Positions 17,683-26,357 of a stretch of 64,000 nucleotides of DNA are shown here, piece by piece. The DNA lies in assembly GCA_963708115.1 (NCBI GenBank), contig CAVPRX010000002.1, positions 452,092-516,091 of the forward strand, written 5' to 3'. The DNA comes from an uncultured Solirubrobacterales bacterium (GTDB lineage Bacteria > Actinomycetota > Thermoleophilia > Solirubrobacterales > 70-9). The stretch's first letter is position 1. Every line of letters begins with the position of its first letter. Both the position numbers and the translations under genes were made by a program. The notes beneath the pieces were generated by a model that was given only the letters and a program-made list of their open reading frames with translations, was not told the origin of the DNA and did no database searches.

Positions 17683-18762
17683 GTGGTGCTGGCGGCGAAC
17701 CTGATCGCGATGCTGGTCCAGACCCAGTCGGCGAAGCTCGGCATCGCCACCGGCGAAAACCTCGCCGAGCTCTGCCGCCGATGCTTCCCTCGCGCTCGCA
17801 TCGGGCTCTGGCTGCAGGCTGAGCTGGTCGCGATGGCCTGCGACATCGCCGAGGTCGTCGGTGCCGCGCTGGGTCTCAACCTGCTCTTCGGCATCCCGCT
17901 CTTCCCGGCCGGGCTGATCGCCGGCGCCGGCGCTTTCGGAATCCTTGCCCTCCAGCAGCGGGGATTCCGCCGGCTGGAGGCGGGGATAACCGTGCTGGTC
18001 GGCGTGGTCGTCGCCTCCTTCGCGGTCGAGCTCTTCCACGCCAAGCCGGCCGCCGGCGAAGTCGCCAAGCACCTCGTCCTGCCGGGATTCTCTGGCACCG
18101 AGAGCCTCCTGCTTGCGACGGGGATCGTCGGTGCAACGGTGATGCCGCACGTCATCTACCTGCACTCGGCGCTGACCCAGAAGCGGATCGTCGGCCGCGA
18201 CGAGGCCGAGAAGAAGCGCATCCTCGGCTTCGAGAAGGTCGACGTGGTGATCGCACTCTCACTGGCCGGCATGGTCAACCTCTCGATGATGATCGTTGCC
18301 GCCGCTCTCTTCCACACCAGCGGCCTGACCGGCATCGACTCGATCGAAGGCGCCTTCGACGGGTTGAAGACGCTCGTCTCGGGCAATGCGGCAGCGATCT
18401 TCGGCGTCGCCCTGCTCGCCTCCGGCTTCGCCTCGTCCTCGGTCGGCACGATGGCCGGGCAGGTCGTGATGCAGGGCTTCATCCGTCGCACGATCCCGCT
18501 CTACCTGCGCCGTGCGATCACCCTCACCCCGGCGCTGATCGTCCTCGCCGTCGGCTTCAACCCGACCGACGCCCTCGTCCTCAGTCAGGTCGTCCTCTCC
18601 TTCGGCATCCCCTTTGCCCTGGTGCCGCTGCTGATGATCGCGAGGCGCCGCGACATCATGGGCTCGTTGGTCAACCCGGGATGGTTGACGGCGCTTGCGG
18701 GAGCGATCGCCACGCTGATCATCGGCCTCAACGTCTTCCTGATCGCCGACCTGTTCCTCTAG
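17683..18762 (+). CDS. mntH: Nramp-family Mn2+/Fe2+ transporter MntH. The listed start is the first canonical start codon; homology clearly extends upstream to at least 17575.
   Basis: In-frame upstream translation reads [34 protein letters not shown], which is Nramp TM1 with the DPGN metal site. No ATG, GTG or TTG exists in that frame between the stop at 17341 and 17683. See finding. Confidence 0.8.
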   Translation: MVLAANLIAMLVQTQSAKLGIATGENLAELCRRCFPRARIGLWLQAELVAMACDIAEVVGAALGLNLLFGIPLFPAGLIAGAGAFGILALQQRGFRRLEAGITVLVGVVVASFAVELFHAKPAAGEVAKHLVLPGFSGTESLLLATGIVGATVMPHVIYLHSALTQKRIVGRDEAEKKRILGFEKVDVVIALSLAGMVNLSMMIVAAALFHTSGLTGIDSIEGAFDGLKTLVSGNAAAIFGVALLASGFASSSVGTMAGQVVMQGFIRRTIPLYLRRAITLTPALIVLAVGFNPTDALVLSQVVLSFGIPFALVPLLMIARRRDIMGSLVNPGWLTALAGAIATLIIGLNVFLIADLFL

Positions 18763-18767
18763 GGGGC

Positions 18768-19082
18768 TTAGGCGAGGAGCTTGTCGACGAGCTGGGGGAG
18801 CTCACGGGCCATCCGGGAGCGGGGAACGGCGAGGTCGATGCCGGCCGCGTCGGCAGCTTGCTTGGTCTCGACGTCCACGTGCGAGTAGAAGCCGAGGGTA
18901 GGCACGTCTACTTGCGCGATTTCCCCGATGTCCACGGCGTCGAGGTCGCAGATGAGCAGGTCAGCCTCGACAGGGTCCGGGAGAGAGCTCACGACCGCGA
19001 CGTCGTGTCCCGCACTTCGCAGGCTCTCCGCGACTCTGCTGGACAGCATCAAATCGGGGACGATGGCCAGGACTCGGGCCAC
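18768..19082 (-). CDS. Hypothetical small protein (about 104 aa)
   Basis: GTG 19082 gives VARVLAIVPDLMLSS... The upstream part of ORF 18768..19325 is Arg/Cys-rich and judged non-coding. Confidence 0.4.
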   Translation of the reverse strand: MARVLAIVPDLMLSSRVAESLRSAGHDVAVVSSLPDPVEADLLICDLDAVDIGEIAQVDVPTLGFYSHVDVETKQAADAAGIDLAVPRSRMARELPQLVDKLLA

Positions 19083-19092
19083 TAGCGAGCCA

Positions 19093-19455
19093 CTAGATAG
19101 AGCGGCGCTGGCGGAACTCCTCGCGCACGCTCTCCGGCCGGCCCCACATCTGCACGACCTCGGACCGTCCCTCGCGCACCTCGCGAACCTGCATCTCACC
19201 GGCGACCCCGTCCGCGTCCAGCTTCTCCAGCACCCCCAAGACGCTCTCCGCAGCGGCGGCGTGTCCGAAGCTATGAGCAACCAGCAGCCGCCAGTCCCAG
19301 TCAGCTTCTGAGTACGGCTGGGCATTGACCTGACTCAGGGCCACAGCGGTATCTACGTATTGGCTCTCATCCTCGATCCGCAGATCGAGCTCCAGATCCG
19401 TCCAGTCGGACGGCAAGGAGTCGATCACCTGCCGGAAGTCGCCAGCCAAGCTCAT
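19093..19455 (-). CDS. Conserved-looking hypothetical protein (120 aa, acidic)
   Basis: Clean ATG ORF with normal composition. No family recognised. Confidence 0.5.
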   Translation of the reverse strand: MSLAGDFRQVIDSLPSDWTDLELDLRIEDESQYVDTAVALSQVNAQPYSEADWDWRLLVAHSFGHAAAAESVLGVLEKLDADGVAGEMQVREVREGRSEVVQMWGRPESVREEFRQRRSI

Positions 19456-19479
19456 GGACCAGAGCGTATCTGGGAGGCG

Positions 19480-20439
19480 CTACCGATTCAGCTGGAAGGC
19501 AGATTCGACATCGAGGGGCCTGTCGAGCAACCCGTGTTCGAGGTCCCAAGCCGCCCACTCGCGCAGCACGCCCGCATCGAACGGCGCGGGGTGCAGGTCG
19601 GGCAGAAGTGCGCGCATCTGCGCCGCCTGGTCGCCGCGGTCGAGGCTGGGCACTGCGGCGAGCAGGTCATCGAGCGCCTTGCCAGGGTGCTCTGAGGCGA
19701 ATTCATAGCCCTGCGTGGTCGCGGCGACCACCGCGTCGACCAGCTCAGGATCGCTGTCGATCGTGTGCTGGGACGCGGTCAGGATCAGCTCCGGGTAGGG
19801 CGGCGCGCCGTAGCGGTTCACCTTGAAGATCCGGACAGGGAGGCCCTGGCGGCGCAGCGCCACGCCCTCGGCGTTCCAGAAGCCCGTCGCCGCGTCGACC
19901 TTGCCGGCGGCCAGCGAGGCGACGGCGTTGAAGCCGATCGTCACCCGGTCGACGCGGGCCGGGTCGCCGCCGTCGGCGGATACCTCGGAGTCGACCACCG
20001 CTTCGTCGGAGGGGAGGCCGGTGACCCCGACCGTGTGGCCTTCGAGCTCGCGGGGCCGGCGCACCGGCCCGTTGCCGCGGGCGATCACCGCGGCGAGCGG
20101 GCGCTGCACGATCGGCATCGTCCCGACCACGTCGAGGCCGCGCTCGCGGGCGATCCCGAGGTCGTGGATGTCGAGGATGGCGAAGTCGGCGCGCCCCGCC
20201 TCGAGCAGCTTCGGGGCATCGGTCGATTCGCCCGGCTGGCGGATCGTCAGGTCGATCCCCCGGTCTCCGTAGTAGCCCTGGCGCTGCGCCGCGTAGATGC
20301 CCGAGTGGACCGCGTTGGGCACGAAATCGAGCACGAGCGCCACGCCTTTCGGCGCGCCCGGTTCTGCGCCGCCCCCTCCGCAACCGGCCATGCCGGTGAG
20401 CAGCAGGACGGCCGCCAGCAGCGCGACAGCACGTCTCAT
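19480..20439 (-). CDS. ABC-transporter substrate-binding lipoprotein, NMT1/THI5-like (NitT/TauT family)
   Basis: ATG 20439 gives MRRAVALLAAVLLLTGMAGC (lipobox). LDFVPNAVHSGIYAAQRQGYY is typical of NMT1-like binding proteins. Confidence 0.7.
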   Translation of the reverse strand: MRRAVALLAAVLLLTGMAGCGGGGAEPGAPKGVALVLDFVPNAVHSGIYAAQRQGYYGDRGIDLTIRQPGESTDAPKLLEAGRADFAILDIHDLGIARERGLDVVGTMPIVQRPLAAVIARGNGPVRRPRELEGHTVGVTGLPSDEAVVDSEVSADGGDPARVDRVTIGFNAVASLAAGKVDAATGFWNAEGVALRRQGLPVRIFKVNRYGAPPYPELILTASQHTIDSDPELVDAVVAATTQGYEFASEHPGKALDDLLAAVPSLDRGDQAAQMRALLPDLHPAPFDAGVLREWAAWDLEHGLLDRPLDVESAFQLNR

Positions 20440-20530
20440 TCGACAGGGAAAACTATTCAATCCCCATTCCGGATACACTCCCGCCCCGAAATCGAGTGTC
20501 AGGGATACGGGACTAGAGGAGGCGTAACCA

Positions 20531-21295
20531 GTGCAGCAACGAGGACTTTCGGCATATCTCGCCGAGCTGATCGGCACTTTCCTGTTGGTGTTCTTCATCT
20601 GCAGCGTGGTCATTCTGTTCGTGGCCACTGGAAGTCAGCCTCAGTTCGGATCGGACTTCGCGGTCGTTGGCCTCGTCCACGCCTTCCTGTTGTTCGGGTT
20701 GATCGTGATGTTCGGCGTCGCCAGCGGTGGCCATTTCAACCCCGCCGTGACCCTTGCCGCAGCGGCGATCAGACGGATCTCCGGGGTCGACGCGTTGATC
20801 TACATGCTCGCCCAGCTCTCCGGCGGCGTGCTCGGCGCGCTGCTCGCCAAGGGCCTGTTGCTCGACGAGGGAAGGGCTACGCACTACGGTGCCGCCACGG
20901 TCAGCCCGCTGCTCGGCGGTAACTTCCAGGGCTCGATCGTCGAGGCGATCGGGACCTTCTGCCTCGTCCTCGTGATCCTCGCCGCCGTCTACTCGAAAAA
21001 GAGCGTCAAGGACTGGGCGCCGCTGGCGATCGGCACCACGCTCGGTTTCATCGTCATGGTCGGCGGCCCGTTGACCGGCGGCTCCTTCAACCCCGCTCGC
21101 TGGTTCGGCCCCGCCCTGGTCGGCAACGAGTGGGGCGGCGTCTGGCCCTACCTGGTCGGTCCGATCGTCGGCTCGCTGCTTGCCGCGATCGTCTACAAGA
21201 TCGTGCTCGAGCCCGGCGGCGCCGCGCCGACCGAACCGCCCGAGCGGGTCAAGGCCCCGGCCGCGCCGAAGCCCGGCGCCGGCTCCACCGCCTGA
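20531..21295 (+). CDS. aqpZ: Aquaporin / MIP-family channel
   Basis: Two NPA boxes (GGHFNPAVT and GGSFNPARW). GTG start preceded by GGAGG. Confidence 0.85.
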   Translation: MQQRGLSAYLAELIGTFLLVFFICSVVILFVATGSQPQFGSDFAVVGLVHAFLLFGLIVMFGVASGGHFNPAVTLAAAAIRRISGVDALIYMLAQLSGGVLGALLAKGLLLDEGRATHYGAATVSPLLGGNFQGSIVEAIGTFCLVLVILAAVYSKKSVKDWAPLAIGTTLGFIVMVGGPLTGGSFNPARWFGPALVGNEWGGVWPYLVGPIVGSLLAAIVYKIVLEPGGAAPTEPPERVKAPAAPKPGAGSTA

Positions 21296-21362
21296 GCGCC
21301 CACCTCATCTAGCTGCATAGCCGCCGGGCCGACTGGTCCGGCGGCGCCATGCTTGCAGTAGC

Positions 21363-23654
21363 TTGGAAACCGTGCGCCGGGTCACCTTCTCGAGGAACTA
21401 CACGCTCTCCCTCTCCCGCACCTGCCAGTGCTACTGCAAGTACTGCGCCTTCGCGACGCATAAAGCTCATATCTACGCCCCGGATGAGGTCGAGCAGCGT
21501 CTCGACGAGGCTGAACGCCGCAATGCCAAGGAGCTGCTCGTCCTCACCGGCGAGCGTCCCGAGGTCAACCCGGTCGTTGCCGACAAGCTGACCCGATGGG
21601 GTCACCCCGACTTCACGTCCTACGTCGTCTGGGCCTGCGAGAGGGCGCTGGAGCGCGGCATCCTGCCGCACACCAACATCGGCGTTCTCAGCTCTGACGA
21701 TCTAGCCCGCCTGCGAGAGGTCACCGCCTCCCAAGGCCTGATGCTCGAGTCCGTCTCGGAGCGCCTGATGGACACCGTCCATGCCGGCTCTCCGACCAAG
21801 CACCCGGCCCAGCGGCTGGCGACGATCGAGGCCGCCGGCGCGCTGAAGATCCCTTTTACCAGCGGAATCCTGGTTGGGATCGGCGAGACCGAGGAAGAGC
21901 AGGTCGAGTCGCTTGAAGCTCTGGCTGAGCTCCATCGCGAGTACGGCCATCTGCAGGAGGTCATCCTGCAGAACTTCGTGCCTCATCCGCGGTACTACGG
22001 GCAGGAGGTCGCCGAGATCGCGGATGTGGCTTCACGCTTGCGGTGGGGGGAGGACGGGGGTGCCCCTCCGCTTGCTGGGTTTTCCGCCAGTGGCGCTGGG
22101 TCTTCGTCCGCGGGCGCCGGTGGTGCGGAAAACAGGACGCCGCTGCGCGGAGGGGCACCCCCGTCCTCCCTGCCAGAGTGGGCTAGCCCCGTTGGCGTTG
22201 GGGATATCGAACGATTGATCCGTGAATGCAAACGGCTGATGCCGGATGTCGGGGTTCAGGTGCCGCCGAACCTGTCTGACGCGTGGGCTGAGCTGGTTGA
22301 GGCAGGAGCTACGGATCTCGGAGGGCTGTCGGCCAATGGGGACCACATCTCTCCCGAGCATGCGTTTCCCAGCCCGCATGAGGTTCGGAAGGGGCTGGCG
22401 CCCAAGGGGTACGCGCTGACTGAGCGGCTTTGCGTCTACCCGCAATACATGGACTCCGAGTGGATGGAGCAGGGGGTTCTGGACGTCATCAAGCTCAAGT
22501 ACTGGAGCTTCATTCCGCGGAAAGGCTCAGGGCGTCGCAATGACGAGACGATCGATTCGAGGCTGGCGCCGCGTGCGATTGAGAAAGGTCGCGACGGGTT
22601 CGAGCTGACGGAGGATGAGCTGACGGCGCTGTTTGCCGAGACGCGGCCTGAGGTGATTGAGGAGATGCGGAGCGCTGCTGATGAGCTTCGTGAGGAGCTG
22701 GCTGGGGAGCGGGCTACGTTCGTCGTGAACCGCAACATCAACTTCACCAACATCTGCGTCGTCGGTTGTGCGTTCTGCGGGTTCGGGCAGGGGAAGCGGT
22801 CGCCCGACGCTTATGAGGTCTCCGAGGAGGACTTCGCGGCGCGGATTCGGGAAGCGGTCGACTTCGGCGCTACCGAGCTCTGCATGCAGGGTGGCATCCA
22901 CCCGGACCTGACCCTGGAGGAGTACGGCAAGTGGCTGCGCCTGGCGAAGGACGTGGCGCCGCAGCTCCACCTGCACGCCTACTCGCCGATGGAGGTCCAC
23001 TACATGTGCGAGCGCTCGGGGAAGGAGCCCGGCGAGGTCTTCGAGTACCTGCTCGAGTGCGGGCTCGGCTCGACTCCGGGGACCGCGGCCGAGGTGCTCG
23101 ACGACGGGGTGCGCCAGCGCATCTCCCCTAACAAGCTGCCGGCGCAGCGCTGGGTGGAGATCGTCGAAGCCTCACACCGGGCCGGGCTGCGTTCGACCTC
23201 GACGGTGATGTTCGGCCACATCGAGGAGCCGCGCGAGCTTGCCCGCCACATGCAGGTGGTGCGTGCCCTGCAGGAGCGGACCGGCGGGATCACCGAGTTC
23301 GTGCCGCTCAGCTTCATCCCCTTCAACACGATGCTTGGGCGTACCCACGGCATCGAGGAGATCTCGGCGGGCGAGAACCTCAAGCACACCGCCGCTTTTC
23401 GCCTCGCCCTGGGGCGGACGATCCCCAACCTGCAGGCGAGCTGGGTGAAGATGGGCCTCGAGGCCGCAACCGAGGCGCTGCGCTGGGGGGTCAACGACCT
23501 CGGCGGCACGCTGATGGAGGAGAACATCTCCCGCATGGCCGGCTCCCAGCACGGCGTCCGGCTGGAGCCCGAGCAGCTGATCGAGGCGGCGCGCGCGGCC
23601 GGCCGCATTCCCGCTCAGCGCACGACGCTCTACGAGGTCGTCGAGACCTATTGA
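21363..23654 (+). CDS. fbiC: Bifunctional FO synthase (CofG+CofH fusion), F420 chromophore biosynthesis
   Basis: Two radical-SAM cores (CQCYCKYCAF and CVVGCAFCGF) in one 763-aa protein. This is the actinobacterial FbiC architecture. Confidence 0.9.
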   Translation: METVRRVTFSRNYTLSLSRTCQCYCKYCAFATHKAHIYAPDEVEQRLDEAERRNAKELLVLTGERPEVNPVVADKLTRWGHPDFTSYVVWACERALERGILPHTNIGVLSSDDLARLREVTASQGLMLESVSERLMDTVHAGSPTKHPAQRLATIEAAGALKIPFTSGILVGIGETEEEQVESLEALAELHREYGHLQEVILQNFVPHPRYYGQEVAEIADVASRLRWGEDGGAPPLAGFSASGAGSSSAGAGGAENRTPLRGGAPPSSLPEWASPVGVGDIERLIRECKRLMPDVGVQVPPNLSDAWAELVEAGATDLGGLSANGDHISPEHAFPSPHEVRKGLAPKGYALTERLCVYPQYMDSEWMEQGVLDVIKLKYWSFIPRKGSGRRNDETIDSRLAPRAIEKGRDGFELTEDELTALFAETRPEVIEEMRSAADELREELAGERATFVVNRNINFTNICVVGCAFCGFGQGKRSPDAYEVSEEDFAARIREAVDFGATELCMQGGIHPDLTLEEYGKWLRLAKDVAPQLHLHAYSPMEVHYMCERSGKEPGEVFEYLLECGLGSTPGTAAEVLDDGVRQRISPNKLPAQRWVEIVEASHRAGLRSTSTVMFGHIEEPRELARHMQVVRALQERTGGITEFVPLSFIPFNTMLGRTHGIEEISAGENLKHTAAFRLALGRTIPNLQASWVKMGLEAATEALRWGVNDLGGTLMEENISRMAGSQHGVRLEPEQLIEAARAAGRIPAQRTTLYEVVETY
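22048..22170. repeat. 123-nt palindromic element (24-bp perfect arms, 75-nt partly self-pairing loop) lying in frame inside the fbiC inter-domain linker
   Basis: GGGAGGACGGGGGTGCCCCTCCGC at 22048-22071 pairs with GCGGAGGGGCACCCCCGTCCTCCC at 22147-22170. The length is 41 codons and it encodes GEDGGAPPLAGFSASGAG...RGGAPPSS. Confidence 0.75.
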
Positions 23655-23719
23655 GGCAAGGGCTAGCTGGACGTTTGATCTAGCGGTATCGTGTTCAAAT
23701 CGCTTCGCGTTCTGCAGCG

Positions 23720-24568
23720 GTGGGGAATGGGTTCCCGGGGTTGGCGGTCGTCTCTGTGATCGCTCTGCTTGTCGCGCTCGGAGTCGGAGCGCTGGCGATT
23801 CTGCAGCCGTGGGAGACCGACACCGCTGCGCCGCAGCTGAGCATTGCGCCCGGGCTTGGGGTCGGATTGGGCGACTCGGTGGTCGTTGCGCGGGACCGAC
23901 AACTTGCCGTTGAGCCGGCCCAGCCCGCTGCTGGCGCCGCGCCGAGATTCGCCGCCGCCGACGTCGCAGTCGACAGCGGCGAACCGAAGCCGCGGTTGGG
24001 CATAGCCGCCGCTCGCGTCGTGGCGAGCCGGCAGCCTGGCGCCCCCTCGCAGGGTTCCCCGCAGCCATCCCAGCCCGAACCCACGCCTGCGCCGCCGCCC
24101 ACTCCGGTGCCGGTGGCCGTTCCGGTCGCTGCTCCGCCTCCCCCGGCTGAACCGGTTGCCGCGCCGCCCACCCGCGGCGCGGGTGGCGGTACGTCCGGAC
24201 CCATCGGCGCGGGCGGCGGTGGCGAGGAAGAAGAAGGTGGGACAGGCGAGGTCGAGGTCTGCGAGGGCGACGACTACATCCTGTCGCTTTCGCAGCTGGA
24301 AGCTGTGGAAGGGAGCGAAGCCCCGCCCGTCGTTTCCCACGACCTGACCGTCTACTTCGGCAGCTCGGGCGAAGGAACGGGATTCCACCTCGTCCTCTTC
24401 GACGGTCAGCCGGTCGAATTAGGAGAAGACGCCGTCCCGACCGAACCGGGCAAGCGCTGCGCGCAGGTCGACCTCGGGTCTCTGCTCGGCGAATCGACCG
24501 AAGTCGGGACCGAGATCCACATCGAAGCGGTGACGCTCGGCGAAGCATTGGAGCCCGTCGTACCCTGA
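23720..24568 (+). CDS. Hypothetical membrane-anchored Pro/Ala-rich protein
   Basis: N-terminal TM helix (GLAVVSVIALLVALGVGALAIL), a proline-rich spacer and an acidic C-terminal domain. Confidence 0.45.
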   Translation: MGNGFPGLAVVSVIALLVALGVGALAILQPWETDTAAPQLSIAPGLGVGLGDSVVVARDRQLAVEPAQPAAGAAPRFAAADVAVDSGEPKPRLGIAAARVVASRQPGAPSQGSPQPSQPEPTPAPPPTPVPVAVPVAAPPPPAEPVAAPPTRGAGGGTSGPIGAGGGGEEEEGGTGEVEVCEGDDYILSLSQLEAVEGSEAPPVVSHDLTVYFGSSGEGTGFHLVLFDGQPVELGEDAVPTEPGKRCAQVDLGSLLGESTEVGTEIHIEAVTLGEALEPVVP

Positions 24569-24572
24569 GTCG

Positions 24573-25562
24573 ATGCGGGCGATGGTCCTGGAGCGGCAGC
24601 GTGAGCCTCTGCGGCTTGCCGAGCTGCCCGATCCAGAGCCGGGGCCCGGCCAGGTTCTACTTTCGGTGGCTGCCTGCGGGGTCTGTCGCACCGATCTTCA
24701 CATCGTCGACGGTGAGCTCAGCGAGCCGAAGCTGCCGCTGGTGCCCGGGCACCAGATCGTCGGCACGGTTGCGGGGGTGGGGGAGGCCGCCGGGCGCTTC
24801 GCCCTGGGAGAGCGTGTCGGAGTGCCCTGGCTGGCCTGGGCCGACGGGACCTGCCGCTACTGCGTCAGCGGTCGCGAGAACCTCTGCGACCGCGCCCGTT
24901 TCACCGGCTATGACGTCGACGGCGGCTATGCCGAGCTCGCGCTCGCCGACGAGCGCTTCTGCTTCCCGATCCCGCCGAACCTGTCGGATGAGGAGGCGGC
25001 GCCGCTACTCTGCGCCGGGCTGATCGGCTACCGGGCGCTGCGCTTAGTTGGGGACGCGGAGCGGGTCGGCTTCTACGGCTTCGGCGCGTCCGCTCACATC
25101 CTTTGCCAGCTCGCGGTGCACCAGGGTCGGCGCGTCTTCGTCTTCACCCGCGAGGGCGACGAGGAGGGTCAGGAGTTCGCCCGCAGCCTCGGCGCCGAGT
25201 GGGCCGGCGCTTCGGGCGAGTCGCCTCCGGAGGAGCTCGACGGGGCGATCGTCTTTGCCCCGGTGGGGTCGCTGATGACCGAGGCCCTGCGGGTCAGCGC
25301 CAAGGGAGCGCGGATCGTCAGCGCCGGCATCCACATGAGCGACATCCCGTCCTTTCCCTACGAGCGGCTCTGGGGCGAGCGAACCCTGGGCTCAGTCGCC
25401 AACCTGACGCGGCTCGACGGCGAGGAGTTCCTCGATCTGGCACCGCAGGTACCGATCCGGACCGAGGTCGAGGTCCACCCGCTGGAGGCAGCCAACGAGG
25501 CGCTCGACTCGATCCGCGATGGCAGCTTGCGCGGGGCAGCCGTGCTGCGGCTAGCGAAATAG
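24573..25562 (+). CDS. Zinc-dependent alcohol dehydrogenase family protein
   Basis: AACGVCRTDLHIVDGE, GHQIVG and the structural-zinc CRYCVSGRENLC motif. Confidence 0.8.
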   Translation: MRAMVLERQREPLRLAELPDPEPGPGQVLLSVAACGVCRTDLHIVDGELSEPKLPLVPGHQIVGTVAGVGEAAGRFALGERVGVPWLAWADGTCRYCVSGRENLCDRARFTGYDVDGGYAELALADERFCFPIPPNLSDEEAAPLLCAGLIGYRALRLVGDAERVGFYGFGASAHILCQLAVHQGRRVFVFTREGDEEGQEFARSLGAEWAGASGESPPEELDGAIVFAPVGSLMTEALRVSAKGARIVSAGIHMSDIPSFPYERLWGERTLGSVANLTRLDGEEFLDLAPQVPIRTEVEVHPLEAANEALDSIRDGSLRGAAVLRLAK

Positions 25563-26357
25563 ATCCTCGTCGCGAGGACGGCGCATGGCGGCGGCGCCGG
25601 GGCCGTCGTCGGCACTGACGAAGCGCTCCAGGCCCCGGACGATGGCCGCCGGAACGCGGCTCGTCTTGTCGCGCACGAGGTCGGCCGCCGCCGCCGCCTC
25701 GTCGGCGACTGCGATCAGGGTTGCTTCAAGCTCACGGCCACCGGAGTCCGTGCGACCGCGCCAATCATCCAGCGGGGTGAGCCCCGCGCACCCGATTGCC
25801 ACCTCGACCTGGCCAAGTCGCCATGCGCGTCCGAAACTGTCGGAAATCACGACCGCGATGTCAGGGGGCCGGGGGTAGGGGTCGGCGGACACTCCATCTG
25901 ATCGTCCGCCGACCCCTACCCCCGGCCCCCCCACTATCTCGGCCCTGATACGGCGGGCCGAGGCGTCCGGGTTCTCGGGCAGCAACGAGACCGTGCCCTC
26001 CTCCGGCAGGTTGGAGGTGTCGATGCCGGCGTTGGCGCAGACGAAGCCGTGATGCGTCTCGACGATCAGCACGCCGCGCTCGGCCCGCAGCACCTCGCGG
26101 CTCTCGGCGAGGATCAGCTCGACCAGCGCCGGCTCCTTGCCGAGCACCGCGGCCAGCCGCCGGGCTTCACTGCCCGGGATCGCCGAGGAGAGCCGTCGGA
26201 CCCGGCCCTCGGCCTTGGAGACGATCTTCTGCGAGACGACGACGACGTCGCCGTCGAGCAGCTCCGCGCGCGCCCCGATCTCGGCCCCGATCGACGTTTG
26301 CGCGGAGAACTCGGGTAGGCCCGCGACGGGCACTACGCGCAGCTCGCCGGCGCTCAT
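25551..26357 (-). CDS. cofE: Coenzyme F420-0:L-glutamate ligase
   Basis: VVVVSQKIVSKAEGR, HGFVCANAGIDTSN and ISDSFGRAWRLGQVEVAIG are CofE/FbiB N-domain motifs. ATGA overlap with cofC. Confidence 0.8.
   Translation of the reverse strand: MSAGELRVVPVAGLPEFSAQTSIGAEIGARAELLDGDVVVVSQKIVSKAEGRVRRLSSAIPGSEARRLAAVLGKEPALVELILAESREVLRAERGVLIVETHHGFVCANAGIDTSNLPEEGTVSLLPENPDASARRIRAEIVGGPGVGVGGRSDGVSADPYPRPPDIAVVISDSFGRAWRLGQVEVAIGCAGLTPLDDWRGRTDSGGRELEATLIAVADEAAAAADLVRDKTSRVPAAIVRGLERFVSADDGPGAAAMRRPRDEDLFR
25864..25930. repeat. 67-nt perfect palindrome (27-bp arms, 13-nt loop) inside the cofE reading frame
   Basis: GGGGGCCGGGGGTAGGGGTCGGCGGAC pairs with GTCCGCCGACCCCTACCCCCGGCCCCC. It encodes GGPGVGVGGRSDGVSADPYPRPP between two conserved CofE blocks. 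Confidence 0.8.

Noticed and set aside
20440-20530. TPP riboswitch upstream of the NMT1/THI5-like binding-protein gene
   Set aside because: The minus-strand leader lacks the CUGAGA and ACCUGAUCUGGAUAAUGCCAGCG-type core elements.
21319-21345. Terminator after the aquaporin gene (GCCGCCGG-N10-CCGGCGGC)
   Set aside because: It is a hairpin of only 8 bp with a 10-nt loop and no U-tract. That is too weak to list as a feature.
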